Below are positions 27,469-40,330 of a stretch of 64,000 bases of DNA, one piece after another. Source of the stretch: Monocercomonoides exilis PA203 (Eukaryota > Protista > Preaxostyla); NCBI GenBank assembly GCA_001643675.2, contig LSRY02000032.1, forward strand, positions 496,001-560,000. Reading direction: 5' to 3'. A program made the position numbers and the translations under genes. Under the pieces are notes generated by a model. It was given only the letters and a program-made list of their open reading frames with translations, did not search any database and was not told the DNA's origin. Position 1 is the first letter of the stretch. Each line of letters begins with the position of its first letter.

Positions 27469-29878
27469 GGCGAAATAATGTTTCAGTGACAAAAGAGTTT
27501 TGTTTGAAAAGAGCAAAATATTAAAATAAAAGCACACCCTTGTCTTTTTAAAATTGCTGTTGTTTTGCGATCCTTTGTCCTTATTGTTTGGATTTTTTGG
27601 GAATGACAAAAATTTATAATGGACACGATCTTTTCGTCTTATTCGTCTTTAGCTTATTTCGGTATTAAGAAGCGAAGTATCTTGGCAACAGTGCATTTAA
27701 AAGTCTTCTTTTTATATTGTTTTTAGATTTGAAATCTATTTTTGAAAATCTTTTTTTTTATATCTGCAAATGCTAATATTCTTTTTATTTTTGTTTATTT
27801 ATTGATTTTGAAGGATCAAATAAGCAAAGCTGGAAAAGATTTACATTTTTATCTGTTCATTTGCAGAAGGAGGGAGCAAGAAGGTGAAGAGGAAGGAACA
27901 GGGCAGGATGGAAGGAAGAAAAAGAAAAAGTTAGGAAAGTGAAGAAAAAAATCGAATTTGAGATAATTATTAGTATTATTGCACAACAATTTGATACAAA
28001 TTTCTTTTTCAATTGTGAATTAGTTTATATACAATCATACATTTTGTTGAACTGCAAAACATACAAAAGGAGTTGATTATCTTTATTTATTCTTTATATT
28101 CTTGTATTCAATATTATTTATAGCAATTCATTAAAATCATAACAATCAAAATAGATTAAATACTGCATTGAAGTTTTTCTATTGAGCATTTATTCTATTG
28201 TTGAATGTTCAAAAATAGAATTTTGTGTATGAAAACATGTGCAAAAATTTAACAAAAGAATTTGAAGGATTTCTTTTGAATGAAAAAGTGTTCAAATAAT
28301 CGTTCAAATATTTGTTTCTCACACCATTTGGAGGAAGGGATTTTCTCAAAAGGCTCCACGCGCTTTCTATTCTTTGCGTATGGGCTCTAGTAATTGGGTT
28401 AACAAAATTAACTTTATGATTAACAGTAAGATGACTGAATCCAGATTTATCTAACCCTGAATATCCCTTCCAGCAGTCTGTAAATATTCTTGTTTTTTGA
28501 AGGACATGCTGTTTAATTGTTGAATGGAGAACTTCTTTTGTTCTTTTAATGACAGGAAGCAAAAACATTCTTGATTTCATCCCTTTCTTTGCAGGCCGTT
28601 CTATCCCTCCAACAATCCAGCACTGTTTCTTTTGTCTTCCTTTGTTATATTTTCGTTTGGGAAAAATTGCTTCATCTATTTCGACTTCTTTATCTTCTCC
28701 TCCAAGTTTGTAAGGATTGGATTCAGAAAAATTTGTTATACATTTTCTGAATGAATTGAACATTCGACAAACAGCGAAACTGGATTTATTGCAAATTATC
28801 GAACAATTAGTCTGAGACATGCCAATCCAAAAGCATAATGCAATTTTACATATATCGCATGCTTTAAATCTAAATTTTTCAAAATTAGTATTTTTCCAAA
28901 CATTTATCTGCCGATGCTTGCATCTAAATCGACTAGTAAAGTCATGGTAAACGTATAGCTTCATTTTTCTTTGACATTTGTAGCAGTATCTTTCTTGATC
29001 CAGTATTTTGTTCTCCATCATCCAATGGATAGTATCAACTTCAGAAGAAAATATTTTAAATAATTGTTTGAAAAACGCTGTGCTGTTAACTTTCAGCTGC
29101 ATTGCAAAAGAAAATAATTCAATTTTTCAAAACAATATTTGACTAATAAAGGGAATTTTAAAAATGTCTGTGCTCACAAACAACTATTCAATTATTCATT
29201 CAAACTCGATCAATAAAAAAATAACAAAACAAAATAACAAAAATCAAAATAACAGAAAATTATATAAAATTAAGTCAATCAATTCTAATTGAAATAAATA
29301 AATCATCAATTAAGCTTCACATTTTCGATCTGTTGCATTGCATTCACATATCCGATATTCTTCCAAACAGAATCTCCCTTTATCTTTTCGCCTGTTTATT
29401 TCCTTCACTTTCCTAACTTTTTCTTTTTCTTCCTTCCATCCTGCCCTGTTCCTTCCTCTTCACCTTCTTGCTCCCTCCTTCTGCAAATGAACAGATAAAA
29501 ATGTAAATCTTTTCCAGCTTTGCTTATTTGATCCTTCAAAATCAATAAATAAACAAAAATAAAAAGAATATTAGCATTTGCAGATATAAAAAAAAAGATT
29601 TTCAAAAATAGATTTCAAATCTAAAAACAATATAAAAAGAAGACTTTTAAATGCACTGTTGCCAAGATACTTCGCTTCTTAATACCGAAATAAGCTAAAG
29701 ACGAATAAGACGAAAAGATCGTGTCCATTATAAATTTTTGTCATTCCCAAAAAATCCAAACAATAAGGACAAAGGATCGCAAAACAACAGCAATTTTAAA
29801 AAGACAAGGGTGGGCTTTTATTTTAATATTTTGCTCTTTTCAAACAAAACTCTTTTGTCACTGAAACATTATTTCGCC
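27469..29878 (-). mobile_element. Merlin (IS1016/ISXO2-like) DNA transposon, 2410 bp
   Basis: 476-bp TIRs (27469-27944 / 29403-29878, one mismatch seen) starting GGCGAAATAATG. 8-bp TSD AAAAGTGC at 27461-27468 and 29879-29886. Internal transposase ORF. Confidence 0.96.
28209..29102 (-). CDS. Merlin/ISXO2-like DDE transposase (297 aa, uninterrupted)
   Basis: EVEIDEA...KRKYNKGR..WIVGGIER, RIFTDCWKGY, HLTVNH..NFV.P.T.AHTQRIESAW. N-terminal CxxC Zn motif. Confidence 0.95.
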   Translation of the reverse strand: MQLKVNSTAFFKQLFKIFSSEVDTIHWMMENKILDQERYCYKCQRKMKLYVYHDFTSRFRCKHRQINVWKNTNFEKFRFKACDICKIALCFWIGMSQTNCSIICNKSSFAVCRMFNSFRKCITNFSESNPYKLGGEDKEVEIDEAIFPKRKYNKGRQKKQCWIVGGIERPAKKGMKSRMFLLPVIKRTKEVLHSTIKQHVLQKTRIFTDCWKGYSGLDKSGFSHLTVNHKVNFVNPITRAHTQRIESAWSLLRKSLPPNGVRNKYLNDYLNTFSFKRNPSNSFVKFLHMFSYTKFYF

Positions 29879-30212
29879 AAAAGTGCATAATTTTTCAATG
29901 AAAATGTCTGAAGAAAAATATTTTGCCCCATTTGTTTTGTATCTGACAGTATTTGAAATGTTGTTTGGATAACTTATCAATTGTTTTTATAAAAATCATT
30001 TAAAAAATCACCTATTTCCAAATAAATTCTTTTATTAAAAACAAGACATTTTCATATTTGGGTGATTTTTTTGATATCATAAAAAAGATCAAAAATCGAA
30101 AAAATAAAATATATTGTGGTATTTTTTGATCAAGAAGTTAAAAATGATTTTTTGCAAGTATTTAACTTTAATTTCTTTAATATATATTTGTTTTATTTAT
30201 AAGACCAAAAAA

Positions 30213-30257
30213 TAGACCTATGCGACACGACTTGCCATTTTTTGTTGCTGTCGGTCA

Positions 30258-30301
<44 letters not shown>

Positions 30302-33300
30302 AAAATTGAAATTAAAATTAAAATTATAATTATAATTATAATTATAATTAAAAATTAATAACAATTTCATTTTGATTTTGCAATAAAAATTATATATTGA
30401 AATTTGTTTTCAAATGAATATAAAATAATTGATCAAACAAACCATTCCATTATTTTCGGACAAATAAAATAAATATTTCTTTCGTTTATTTTGTAAATAA
30501 TGCAAATTCACAAAACAATAGATAGAACTTACATATTATCATGCTTGTTATGAGTTTTTATTAGTTCCAATTTCTTCTATTCGATGTGAGAGCGTTCAAA
30601 AAGATTGTTTTTACGGAATTTTTTTCTGGATGCAAAAGTTTTTGAAAATACGTCAGACGGGAAGCACTTATAAGTTCAATTCAATAATGTAATTGTTGCA
30701 TTCCAATTCAAGATGTTTGATTCTCTTTCTTTCTTTATTTTTTGAAGAATTATTCAATCAGCTGGAAGATTGCGAGGAGGAAGTGTAGAAAATCAAAAAA
30801 GATAAACCAAATATGACAGTGAAAGATTTGAATAACGTTGAATTTTAAATTGTCTTCATGAAGAAACTGTCAAACAAAATGGACAAAATGATGAAAGAAA
30901 AGAAAATTCCTTTGAATGGTTAGCTTTTAAAAGAGACACATTGGATATTGCAAAAAGATGAAGAACGCCCAGAGAAGGAGCTTTTTTTCATTAGAAGAAA
31001 TCAAGATTTGCCGAAATGATAATTGATGAAAATGAGAATAAAAGCGATGAAAAGAACTGAATTAATTTGAACGTTTTTCGCAAATGCTATTTTTGTTTGG
31101 CAACATGTTATTATGGGAAACTGCGCCGAATAAAAAACATTGTCTCATGACAGCTGTTATTGCAAAGAGAGAAGCGAAGAAATACAAAGAGAAATAAAAA
31201 TGATTTTGTTTGTTTTAAACTGTTGTCAGTTGTTTGAAGGTTCGTATTCTTTTTGTAATTATTTTTATTTTAATCTCATTTTTATTTGCACTTGAAACAA
31301 AAATTGTATTTGGATAAAATGATAGAAATTAAAAAAATGATAATCAATCATTCCATAATCAGGCACAACTTGCCTATCATTTTGTTTGGGATTATTTTGT
31401 CAGCAGATTTTGAAATGATGAAAATTTGGAAACTGTAATATCGAATGAGCTGCATTTTTACGAAGCGGCAATAAAGGAGTTGTATGAGCTGATGAGATAC
31501 GTGGATTGGAATTAAGAGAAAGAAGAGGAAGGAGGAAAAGAAACGAAAGAAGAATTTGCTTTAATAAGATATCTTCTGATATTGAACACTTTTATACAAG
31601 AATGAAATTGTGGAAATAAGAATCTGTCATGCTTGCATTCAGAATTATTTTGGAATTTCGAAATGCAAAGGAAAATTACAGAGATATTGGTGATCAATGT
31701 TTATATTCATTGAGTGGAACCATGATCACAGAGAAGTGAAAGAATATGACCTTCTAAAGGAGGAGCAATTGATTGCGCTTTGGAGGAACTTTTGCAGTTA
31801 ACAATGAATAACACATAGAAATTTCAATAATGACAATTTTTTGATTCGATTTCATTGAAATTGAAAAATGAGGAGGAAAAAAAACGGGAAAAGTGAAAAG
31901 AAGAGAGATGAAATGAAAAATTCTCAGAATAATGAAAAAAGAAGGATATTCAATATAATCACAAAAAAATCTGTAATATTGTTTTATTAAGCAAAAAATA
32001 TGAATTTGATTGATTATTGAACATTTCCAATTTTTTATGATCATCAATGAAGGTGTTTGTTTTTTTGTGATTCAATTAGTACATGTCAATGTGTCAAGTC
32101 GATGAATAGAAAACAAGCGTGTTTGACTTTTCCAATGTTTTTTTGCAACAATATCTGAAAATGAAGTGAAGATCTAACAGCAAAACTTTGAAAAAATGAA
32201 ATGCAAACTTTAATAACTTTTTCTATTTCTTTTTCTGAAAACTTTTTCAAATTCCCTGTGCTTTAATAATCTCAAATTTTTCCATTATGAATTCTTCGTT
32301 TTTGATTTCGTATTTTCCATTGGAATCTTTTCTTCTCCGATAATAATTTCAATCCATTTCACTGACTTTCTTCTGCTTTATTCAGTTGTTTAACTCACTT
32401 TCTGCCTTTTCCTTAATTGTCATATTTTCTTTGTATTTTCAACAAATATATGGATTGAGCGTTATCAAGAAAGAAAAGCGCGCCTTCAATAATAAACCAG
32501 AGAGAGGAGGAAAAGTCTAAGCGCTCTTGAATCAACAATCTCTGGAGATGAATTTTAAATAGATGAATAGCTGCTTCGAATAAATATCTATTTGCCTTCG
32601 GCCACATAAAATTATTGAAACTTATTCGAAGAAAACATAGCAGATGTGATATTCTGGAGAAAACGTGTGGTCATTTTTGCGTTCATATCTCACAAATCAA
32701 GGAAATAAATTCATGGTTTCAACAATGAATTGGAAAATTCAAACCGTTCTTGGATATAATTCTTTTTGTTTTTGATAGAGTATATTTGCTTGCTACACCT
32801 GCAATCATATATTCATTTTATCTCTATTTTGTGAAGATGGCACATGTGATTGCTTTAATGCAATCCACTTTCATCTGAAATTTTGTTAAGATTCAGATTG
32901 AGCATTCAAAAACTACAAAGGACGTTTAAAAAAGAATTCAAATTTTGTTTTTTCCAAAAGAAAAAATTTACAACACATAAAGTCAAAAGCAATACAAAGA
33001 ATATATAACAATTCATGAAAAAAATTGTTAAAAAAAGAACATGCCTTTCACAACTTCACATAAAAAACAAAACAGGTCTTCTATTTGCTTCATTGGCTTC
33101 ATTTTTTATTTGTATTGCTTCTTTCGTTCAAATAGAAGGATTAATTAAATCCAATCTAAACATTATGGTTGTGCAATATTAAAAAGCTAAATCAGATAAA
33201 TTTTCGAACAGAAACAGGCCATTTTGCTGATCTGTCTCTTTTTCTTATTCATTCATTTTGCTGACTTGAAGTGACGTCAGTGACAGAAGTGACTTCCAGT

Positions 33301-33581
33301 GGCTTTTTTAATTCCTTTATTCACTGATCTTGTCACAAAACCATTTTACACTTATTGCACAATTTTTTTTTCATTTTTTTATTTTCTTTTGTGAAAAAAA
33401 TTTTTATTCTTTTCAGGAAAATTATTATTATTCGAAATAGAAAACAGAGTTCAGAATTTTTAATAAAAAATTCGAAAATATGATTTTTCATTAGAAATAA
33501 AGGTTTTGATTTAGAAATTATTTTCCTGTCGGTCACCTGTGTCAGTTACTGACAAAATTTGCCACTTGTCGCACAGGTCTA
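30213..33581. mobile_element. decayed hAT-like DNA transposon, 3369 bp
   Basis: TIRs TAGACCTATGCGACA (30213-30227) / TGTCGCACAGGTCTA (33567-33581), 14/15 match. 8-bp TSD CCAAAAAA (30205-30212, 33582-33589). Subterminal TGTCGGTCAC/GTGAC motifs at both ends. Interior has no long ORF, so the superfamily is inferred from TIR/TSD geometry only. Confidence 0.8.
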
Positions 33582-33849
33582 CCAAAAAAACATACCTTTT
33601 TAATGTTTTTTGTGAAAAAGGATTTATTGATCAAGTTTTATAAATATTAACCAAAAATGAATAAAGTTTAACCAACAAAACACATCAAAAAAAAAAAAAA
33701 AATAAATAAATAAATAAAAGATTCTTAACCTGTTAAACAAAGCTAATATAAGGGGAAAGAAATATTTAAAAAATAAACTTTTGAAAAACCCAACAAATTT
33801 GTGAATTTTTATTTTTCTGTGGATAAAGAAATGTGCTTTTCATCAATCT

Positions 33850-36800
33850 AGCTGAAATCTCTTCAAAAAATTTCTATATCTGCTGATCTGCTCAACAGAT
33901 TCTGCAAACGAAGATTGTATTATTCAGGAAACTACAGTTAACAAAAATAATTGACTCAGTCCTTCACTTCTCTTTTTGTTCTTTGTGAAAATGCAGTTGA
34001 AGTTTCTTTCTCAACATCATATCGTTTCCTTTCATTTCTCCTCGACATTTTAAAATTCTCCCTTCGTTAACTTCGTGCTTTTCCTAAGTTCCTGCTCTTG
34101 TTGCTTTGTGAAAAAATCAACATTGAATTCGCCTGAGCCATCATTTGTTTTTTGTTCATGTAATTTCTTTCACTCTTTCATCATCATCTTCCTCTTTCTC
34201 TTGATCATCCTTTTCTTTCGTTTTTGCTTCCTCCTCATTTAACTCTCTCTCCATCATCTCTCTCATCTCTCCCTATGGCAACTATTTCTTTCACTAAACA
34301 AGCTACTCATTTCGATGTACAAAACCGTTAATTTATCTTCTTCAAAATCCTTTCCATTTTCTTTCTTCTGCTCTCAGCATTTGGAACAGTTAAAATATAG
34401 CATATCCAGTTCTTCCCTTGCTTGAAAGTGAGACTCATTCTGAACAGTTAATCCTTTCCCTTCTTTTTCTACTGCTCTCTCCCATGTTCTCTTACAAAAT
34501 TGATTGGGTTGAGCTTCATCGAAGCTTTCTGAGAAGCCAATAAGTTCTGTTCAATTTGCTGTTCTGTGGCGTTATCAATCAGCAAGAATTCAGATTGTGG
34601 AATAAGTTGCAGCTTGGGAGAAGAAGAAGAGGAAGGGAATGAAGGAGAAGAAGCAAATGGTTGAGGAATTGATATAACACTCTTTCAAATACGATTCTGA
34701 AAGAAGAAAATCATTCTTGTTGTTGAGGAGCGCACTCAGTGACTCAGATATGGCAGTTCTTCTCTTCTCATCGGACTATGTTCCGCTGTGGCTGTTTTGC
34801 GCTGCCTTCTGCTGAGGTGGAGATGCATATATTTTTCAGACTGTGGGTGGAGCATGTCATGGTGGGATCGGCGTAGCATAGAATTAGTACTGAGGCAATC
34901 GATGGAATATGCAGCAAAGGTGAGCACAGGAAAGAACGCAGTCGATACAAAGTGGGCGAATGACCTTGTGTGCGAGGAGAAGCTGGACATGAACACCATT
35001 CTTCTTCTTCTTCTTCTTCATCTCTTTCGTTACGCTCTCCTTTTCTTTATCCTCTTCATTATCCTCCTCCTCCGTATCTTCTCCCGTTCTTCTTTTTCCA
35101 AACAGCTGCATTCAGATTAAGCAAAGCACCAGCAGCTCCCATTTTCGCTATGTCAGTTGCCGTTGGAGACGCCAGGACGCCAACAAGATTCGACCCAACA
35201 CCACAGATCAGTAAACGACGCAGCAGCTCTTCCTTCGTAACTGTTGGCTCGTTGTTGGCTTTATTATCCTTCTCGTTTCTCTTCTCCTTCTCCTTCATCC
35301 AGCCCTCTTCCTTCAGCAAGTCCTTCGACGATTTCCGACGCTGTTGTTCCGCACAATTGCCTGTGGCGAGAACATCAGCTCGACAAGCTCGTTCAACAGC
35401 GCCTTGTCGAGTGAATTGGCAAACAGCTTGAACGACTTGGTGGTCAGCGAGAGAAGAATAGAAGAGGCCTTGTCGCTGTATTCAGCGCAACGCGAGTGCA
35501 GCAGGCGGCGGATGAGCTGGAGAATCCCGTGGCGCAGGAACACAGAGTGGAACACAGCACAGTTGGTGATGAACTTGCTGGTCACACGAAGAGAAGAAGA
35601 GACAAGAGGATTCCATCGGAAACTGAATGTGAATATATTTGCGTATTTTTGTATAATGAAACGAATGATCGAAAAAGTGGGTGCAAAAAGGAAGAAGAAA
35701 TAGAATTCGAAAAGAAAGAAAGAAAAATTTGTGAACGAATTTTCAATTAATAGTTTCTGGTAAACCTCATGAATCTGATCAATTGCTTCGCAACAGCGTC
35801 ATTCAGCAAATAACATTTACTGCTTTGCAAGACAATTGTAAAATCATAGATATTATTCCACAATCATAACTATTCATCATTTGAGAGTGAACAAAAAAAT
35901 TAAGATTAAGATAAATATTTGAAAAGCAAAATACAGATTGACAAAAATAAATGAAACAATAAATGAAATATATTTAATTGTGTAGAAAAATAACAATTTT
36001 CCATACAATTCTGGTTCGCTATGTGGGTCATTGCGTTTAGTCCCCTCAGCCTGTGGATGTCGTCGAAGCCGCAGACCATTAACTGTTCAACAGAAAACGC
36101 ACAGTGCAGCGAAGGTGGAACATCCATCGACAGAAAAGCGCAGCAAACAACACTGGCACACAGCTCAATCACATTCTGCCGCTTCACTTTGAACGAACGC
36201 CCTTTGCTGTGCTTGATGATTGGCAGTGTTGGGGAGGGAGAGGAGGAGGAGAAAGAAGAAGAAGAAGAAGAAGAAGGTGATGGTGATGATGGTGATGAAA
36301 TGAGAAATGAAGAAGAAGTGAATAAAGATGATTTGTGTGCAGATGTAAACGTTGAGAAAGTGATTGCGTTTCGATAAGTTGCTGCTTTATATTTCTTGGA
36401 TTTTTGATTTCTGGCTGATAAGCTGAGCAAAGCGTGATTTCAATTGACACGGGCTTATTCTTCCTTTTATCCCATTCGATTTATTCTGAGCCTTTCTAAT
36501 ATCTCTGCCAAATCCGTCTTTTTCTTCCTCTTTTTCATTTTTCTCATTATCGATGCATTTATCTGTCAGATACAACAATCCCTTTTCATCTTTATCACTC
36601 ACAAACTCATTTGCACTCCTCTTCTCATCCTTCTTCTACTCCTTCTCCTTCTCCTTCTCACCACCCAGCAGAATCTCCTGGCTAGCCACATACGCAGCAT
36701 AGTTCAGAAAGATGCTCTGTGGCTCAAACACATCCCTCGTCGCTGACACGCTGCTGCTTGCAAACACACCTGCATTGCCCAATCTGCTCTTCCCGAGAAT

Positions 36801-39250
36801 CGCACGAGGGATCGGCACAGTCACAAGCGGAGGCAGCGAGAAGGATGAAATAGAAGAAGAAAGAGAGGAAGAAGACATGTTTGATAAAGAGGCAGCGCTT
36901 GTGCAAGATTTGAAGAGGGAACTCTGTGTGAGAGAAGAGGGGTCTGTGGAAGGAGATGAAGGCTTGAAGAGATACAGCGGAGTTCCAACAAGACAGAAGA
37001 GGCAGACAATTGTGTGTGGCAAGCGGAAAAAAAAGGAGCAGCAAATTTCTCAGAGGCTGTGACGTTTTGAGTGAACAGTGGGAAGATGAGAGTGTGCTGC
37101 CGTACGAGTAAAATGTCTGCTGATGTTCATCCATCATCGCTTCCTTCTTCTCTTCCCCAATCCCTCCTCTTCCTTTCAGTTGCTGCATGAGCAAGTCTTG
37201 TTTCGAAAGCGTCAATTTGCGATGTGCAAATATCATCATTCTCCTTCGTCTTCATCTTCGCCTTTGGCTCTTCCTGCTGTCTTCCTTTCCTCTGCTCTTC
37301 ACTCAATTTGCTTCTGAAATCCGCCTTCTTTGCCTCTTCCATTTGAACTCGCACTCCTCTCTCTTCGCCTTTTGGTGGTGTCATAAAGAAAGAGGATGAA
37401 CGCAATGTGTCTTGAAGCTCCTTCCCTCCTCCTCTTCCATTTCTCATGCGATGCCCATTCAGTCCATTCAGCGCAGCTTGCGCACCAAATCTATTCGAAG
37501 CTCCAAAATATTGCAGGATGTGTGCTGCAGAAGAGAAGAGAAGTTCAAATGCACGTCCAGCAATCCTAAAGAAGGCATCTACAGCGATGATGTTGTTGAA
37601 GATAGCCTAACCAAATGAGATAATTTTTTGTATGGATTATTCAGTTATTGATTGAAAATCTTGCTCACATTCGAATGTTGCGGATCTGATCCAATGTTAA
37701 GAGAGAGGACACGTCAAAGAAGAAGAAGAATGTGATGAAGAAGTGGGAAAAGAAGGAGAAGAGGAAGAGGACAAAGAGGAAGAGAATGAAGTCTTCTCAA
37801 GAGACAGTTCAGGAAATGCATCAGAATGCAACGATGGCTGTACTTCTCTTTTCAAATCGCGTTGCGTTCTTGCATGCCTTCTCTCTCTGCCTGCACAGCT
37901 GTCTGAATGCATTCCATTCCTCTTGCAAAAACTGCCTTTGCTGGTGCATGCACAACTGTCTGTCTCTTTGAAGACATATTTTGGCTGTCCTGCTCCTTTC
38001 TGATCTTTCTCCTAATCGCAGCAACGGTTGGCCAGATGACAACAGGATGCAAATGTTTTCAATTGCTCCATTAACTTTTTCTTCCACTGCTCAATGACGT
38101 GAAAACTGCTGTATCATCAGAAGAATGAGAAGAATCACAAGACGTTGAATATGAAGATGAAATATCCGATTAATTGTGATGTGCACAATAAAAATGTGTT
38201 GTATCAGAGGAAATGGAAGATAACATTAATAATTCCTCTTCGCTTTCACTTTCTCTCTCCTTCCTCTTTCTCTTCCCCTTCTTCATCTTATCTCCATCTT
38301 GATTTCCATCACTTCCCTTCTCTCTGTACGCACGCCTACTCCAAAACCCCTCTTCCATCAGCGCTTCTGTCTCTTCGCTCTGTACAACCCACTCCTCACA
38401 CAGCTTCCTGTTTTCCACATGATACTTCGGTGAGGCCTCTGCTTCCACTTCGTTCAAAAATGTCATTCAAACATACAATACAATACGATTACATTTGTAC
38501 TCCGCTCCTCCTCTTCTGCAATTGCTCCATTTCCAGTGCTCTTCCGTTCTTTGATGTTACAACATCTCTTCTTCTCGTTCTTCTTTGGAATCTTCATTTC
38601 AATCAGTCATTCTATTGCCTCATTTTCATCTCTCTTCCATCTTCTTTATCATCATCTCCACAATATGCTCTTTTCAGTAGTGGAAGCGCAATCGACAGAA
38701 TTCCCCTGAACTTCATCAGCATCTCATAGAGCGAGTTGACACACGTCACCGCCACGAAATACGCAGCCAGCGCTAACAAAACACATGGCAGCACAACATT
38801 CGGTAACAACATCACATTCACAAAAAAATAGAGCAGACAATATTATGTACTTCACACCCTCCAGATGCTCTGCTGCCACATGCGCTCAAAAGATCGTGGT
38901 GCAATGCAATTGACCAGATGCTGCAGGGTGCAGCGCCTCTCCACACACGCGCCCCATCAGCACCACTGCAACAAACGAAGATATCATTATTCCTGCTGGC
39001 GCATTCAGTTGCATCGACAGCGGCTGGAACACATGCTTCACAACCAGACACGAGTACACACTCCGCGGCTCGGTCCCGCATGCCTGCAGCCCAACATCAG
39101 TCGGAATATCTTCCTGTGGTTGTGCCTTTAGCTGTGCTATGTCGTCTGTCCCAATGACTATCCCTGTAGAGAACACAAACGAAGAAGTCGAAGAAGAGGC
39201 AGAAGTGTGCGCAAATGTTTCTATTCGTCGGGCTTCGATAATGACTAAAA
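33850..39250 (-). pseudogene. disrupted host-type gene fragments (including ARM-like segments)
   Basis: Host-like coding composition (poly-Ser/Glu, intron-like AT gaps) broken into many short ORFs by stops and frameshifts, e.g. ...LLICGVGSNLVGVLASPTATDIAKMGAAGALLNL. Boundaries are approximate. Confidence 0.5.
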
Positions 39251-39899
39251 AAAAAAAGAAGATGCATAATTTCACAATAAAATCAAAAGAAAATACTAAA
39301 AAAAATTATTGAAAATATATTAATTCATGCCTTTGAATTCTTCAGATCCGACGTTTTGAATTGAAACAAATTAATCATCATCGATACAATTTTCTTTCTA
39401 TGCTTCCTCTTCTTCTACTGTAGCATCCCAATAATCAAATCCAAAGACCATCTGCCTGATCAACTTCCTTCCTTCTTTCTTTTCCCTCCCAACCTTTCTC
39501 TCTCATTCACACTTCTCACTCTTCCCAATGAGCTGCAACAAATATCTGCTTGTGAAATCATTCACAAAATGAAAAGAAAGCAGCTGCTTCGAGGCAAGCT
39601 GTCACAATACAAAGTGGAAGAACATGCAATCAATGAGGGGAAAAATGTGAGAAGGAAGAGAGAAGGAAGGATGAATGAGGAGCGATGACAGAAGAGAAAC
39701 ATGCTGAATGTGCTCTGATTCCATGCAGCAGCCTCAAATGAAAAGAATGGAGGCATCTCATTCGCCAGGCAGTGCAGCTCGAAACTGCAATTGAAGAGAT
39801 GGGCAAACAACAGAGAAGATGCAGATATCCGGAAAGAAGAAGAGGAGGAGGAATTGCAGCAGAAGATGTGCTTGATAGCCATATGTGTGCTACACAAAC

Positions 39900-40330
39900 A
39901 GAAACACCAAATTGTCAATGCAAAGTTTGCTGTTTGCAACAATTACAAGATCTTTCAGCAGTAAAATCCAGTTGCAGTTGGGCAGAATGTTGTTCGACTG
40001 CCAACAAATATTTGATAATTTGATGTCTCGTCGTTGGCTGTTCTACACTCTTTTGAAGCAAAAGCGGAATCAGAAATAGAATTTCGCAGCCTTCCACGTC
40101 TGCCTGGCACAGTCCGAGAAGCAGGAAAACCTTATTAATATAATTGACATCTTGAAATTCTCCTTTTTTCCAATGAATTGTTGCCTTTTTTGTGATAAAT
40201 ATCCTTCCCTTAATATTGCAAGCCACTTTTTTTTTGCCAAAAAACTGCTCCCACTGCCTTATATTCCAAATTCTATAAAACTTTGTGCAGATTTTGTCCT
40301 TCACAGAATTCTATCCTTATATCGACATTC
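39900..40330 (-). pseudogene. protein kinase pseudogene fragment
   Basis: In order on the minus strand: IRIEFCEGQNLHKVL* (subdomain V-like, 40320-40273), RRDIKLSNI (HRD loop-like, ~40033-40007), LQTANFAL (DFG-like, ~39940-39915). Interrupted by stops and frameshifts. Confidence 0.55.

Noticed and set aside
27742-29605. Identical 66-aa ORFs at 27742-27942 (+) and 29405-29605 (-)
   Set aside because: They are by-products of the Merlin TIRs, start at TTG and show no protein features.
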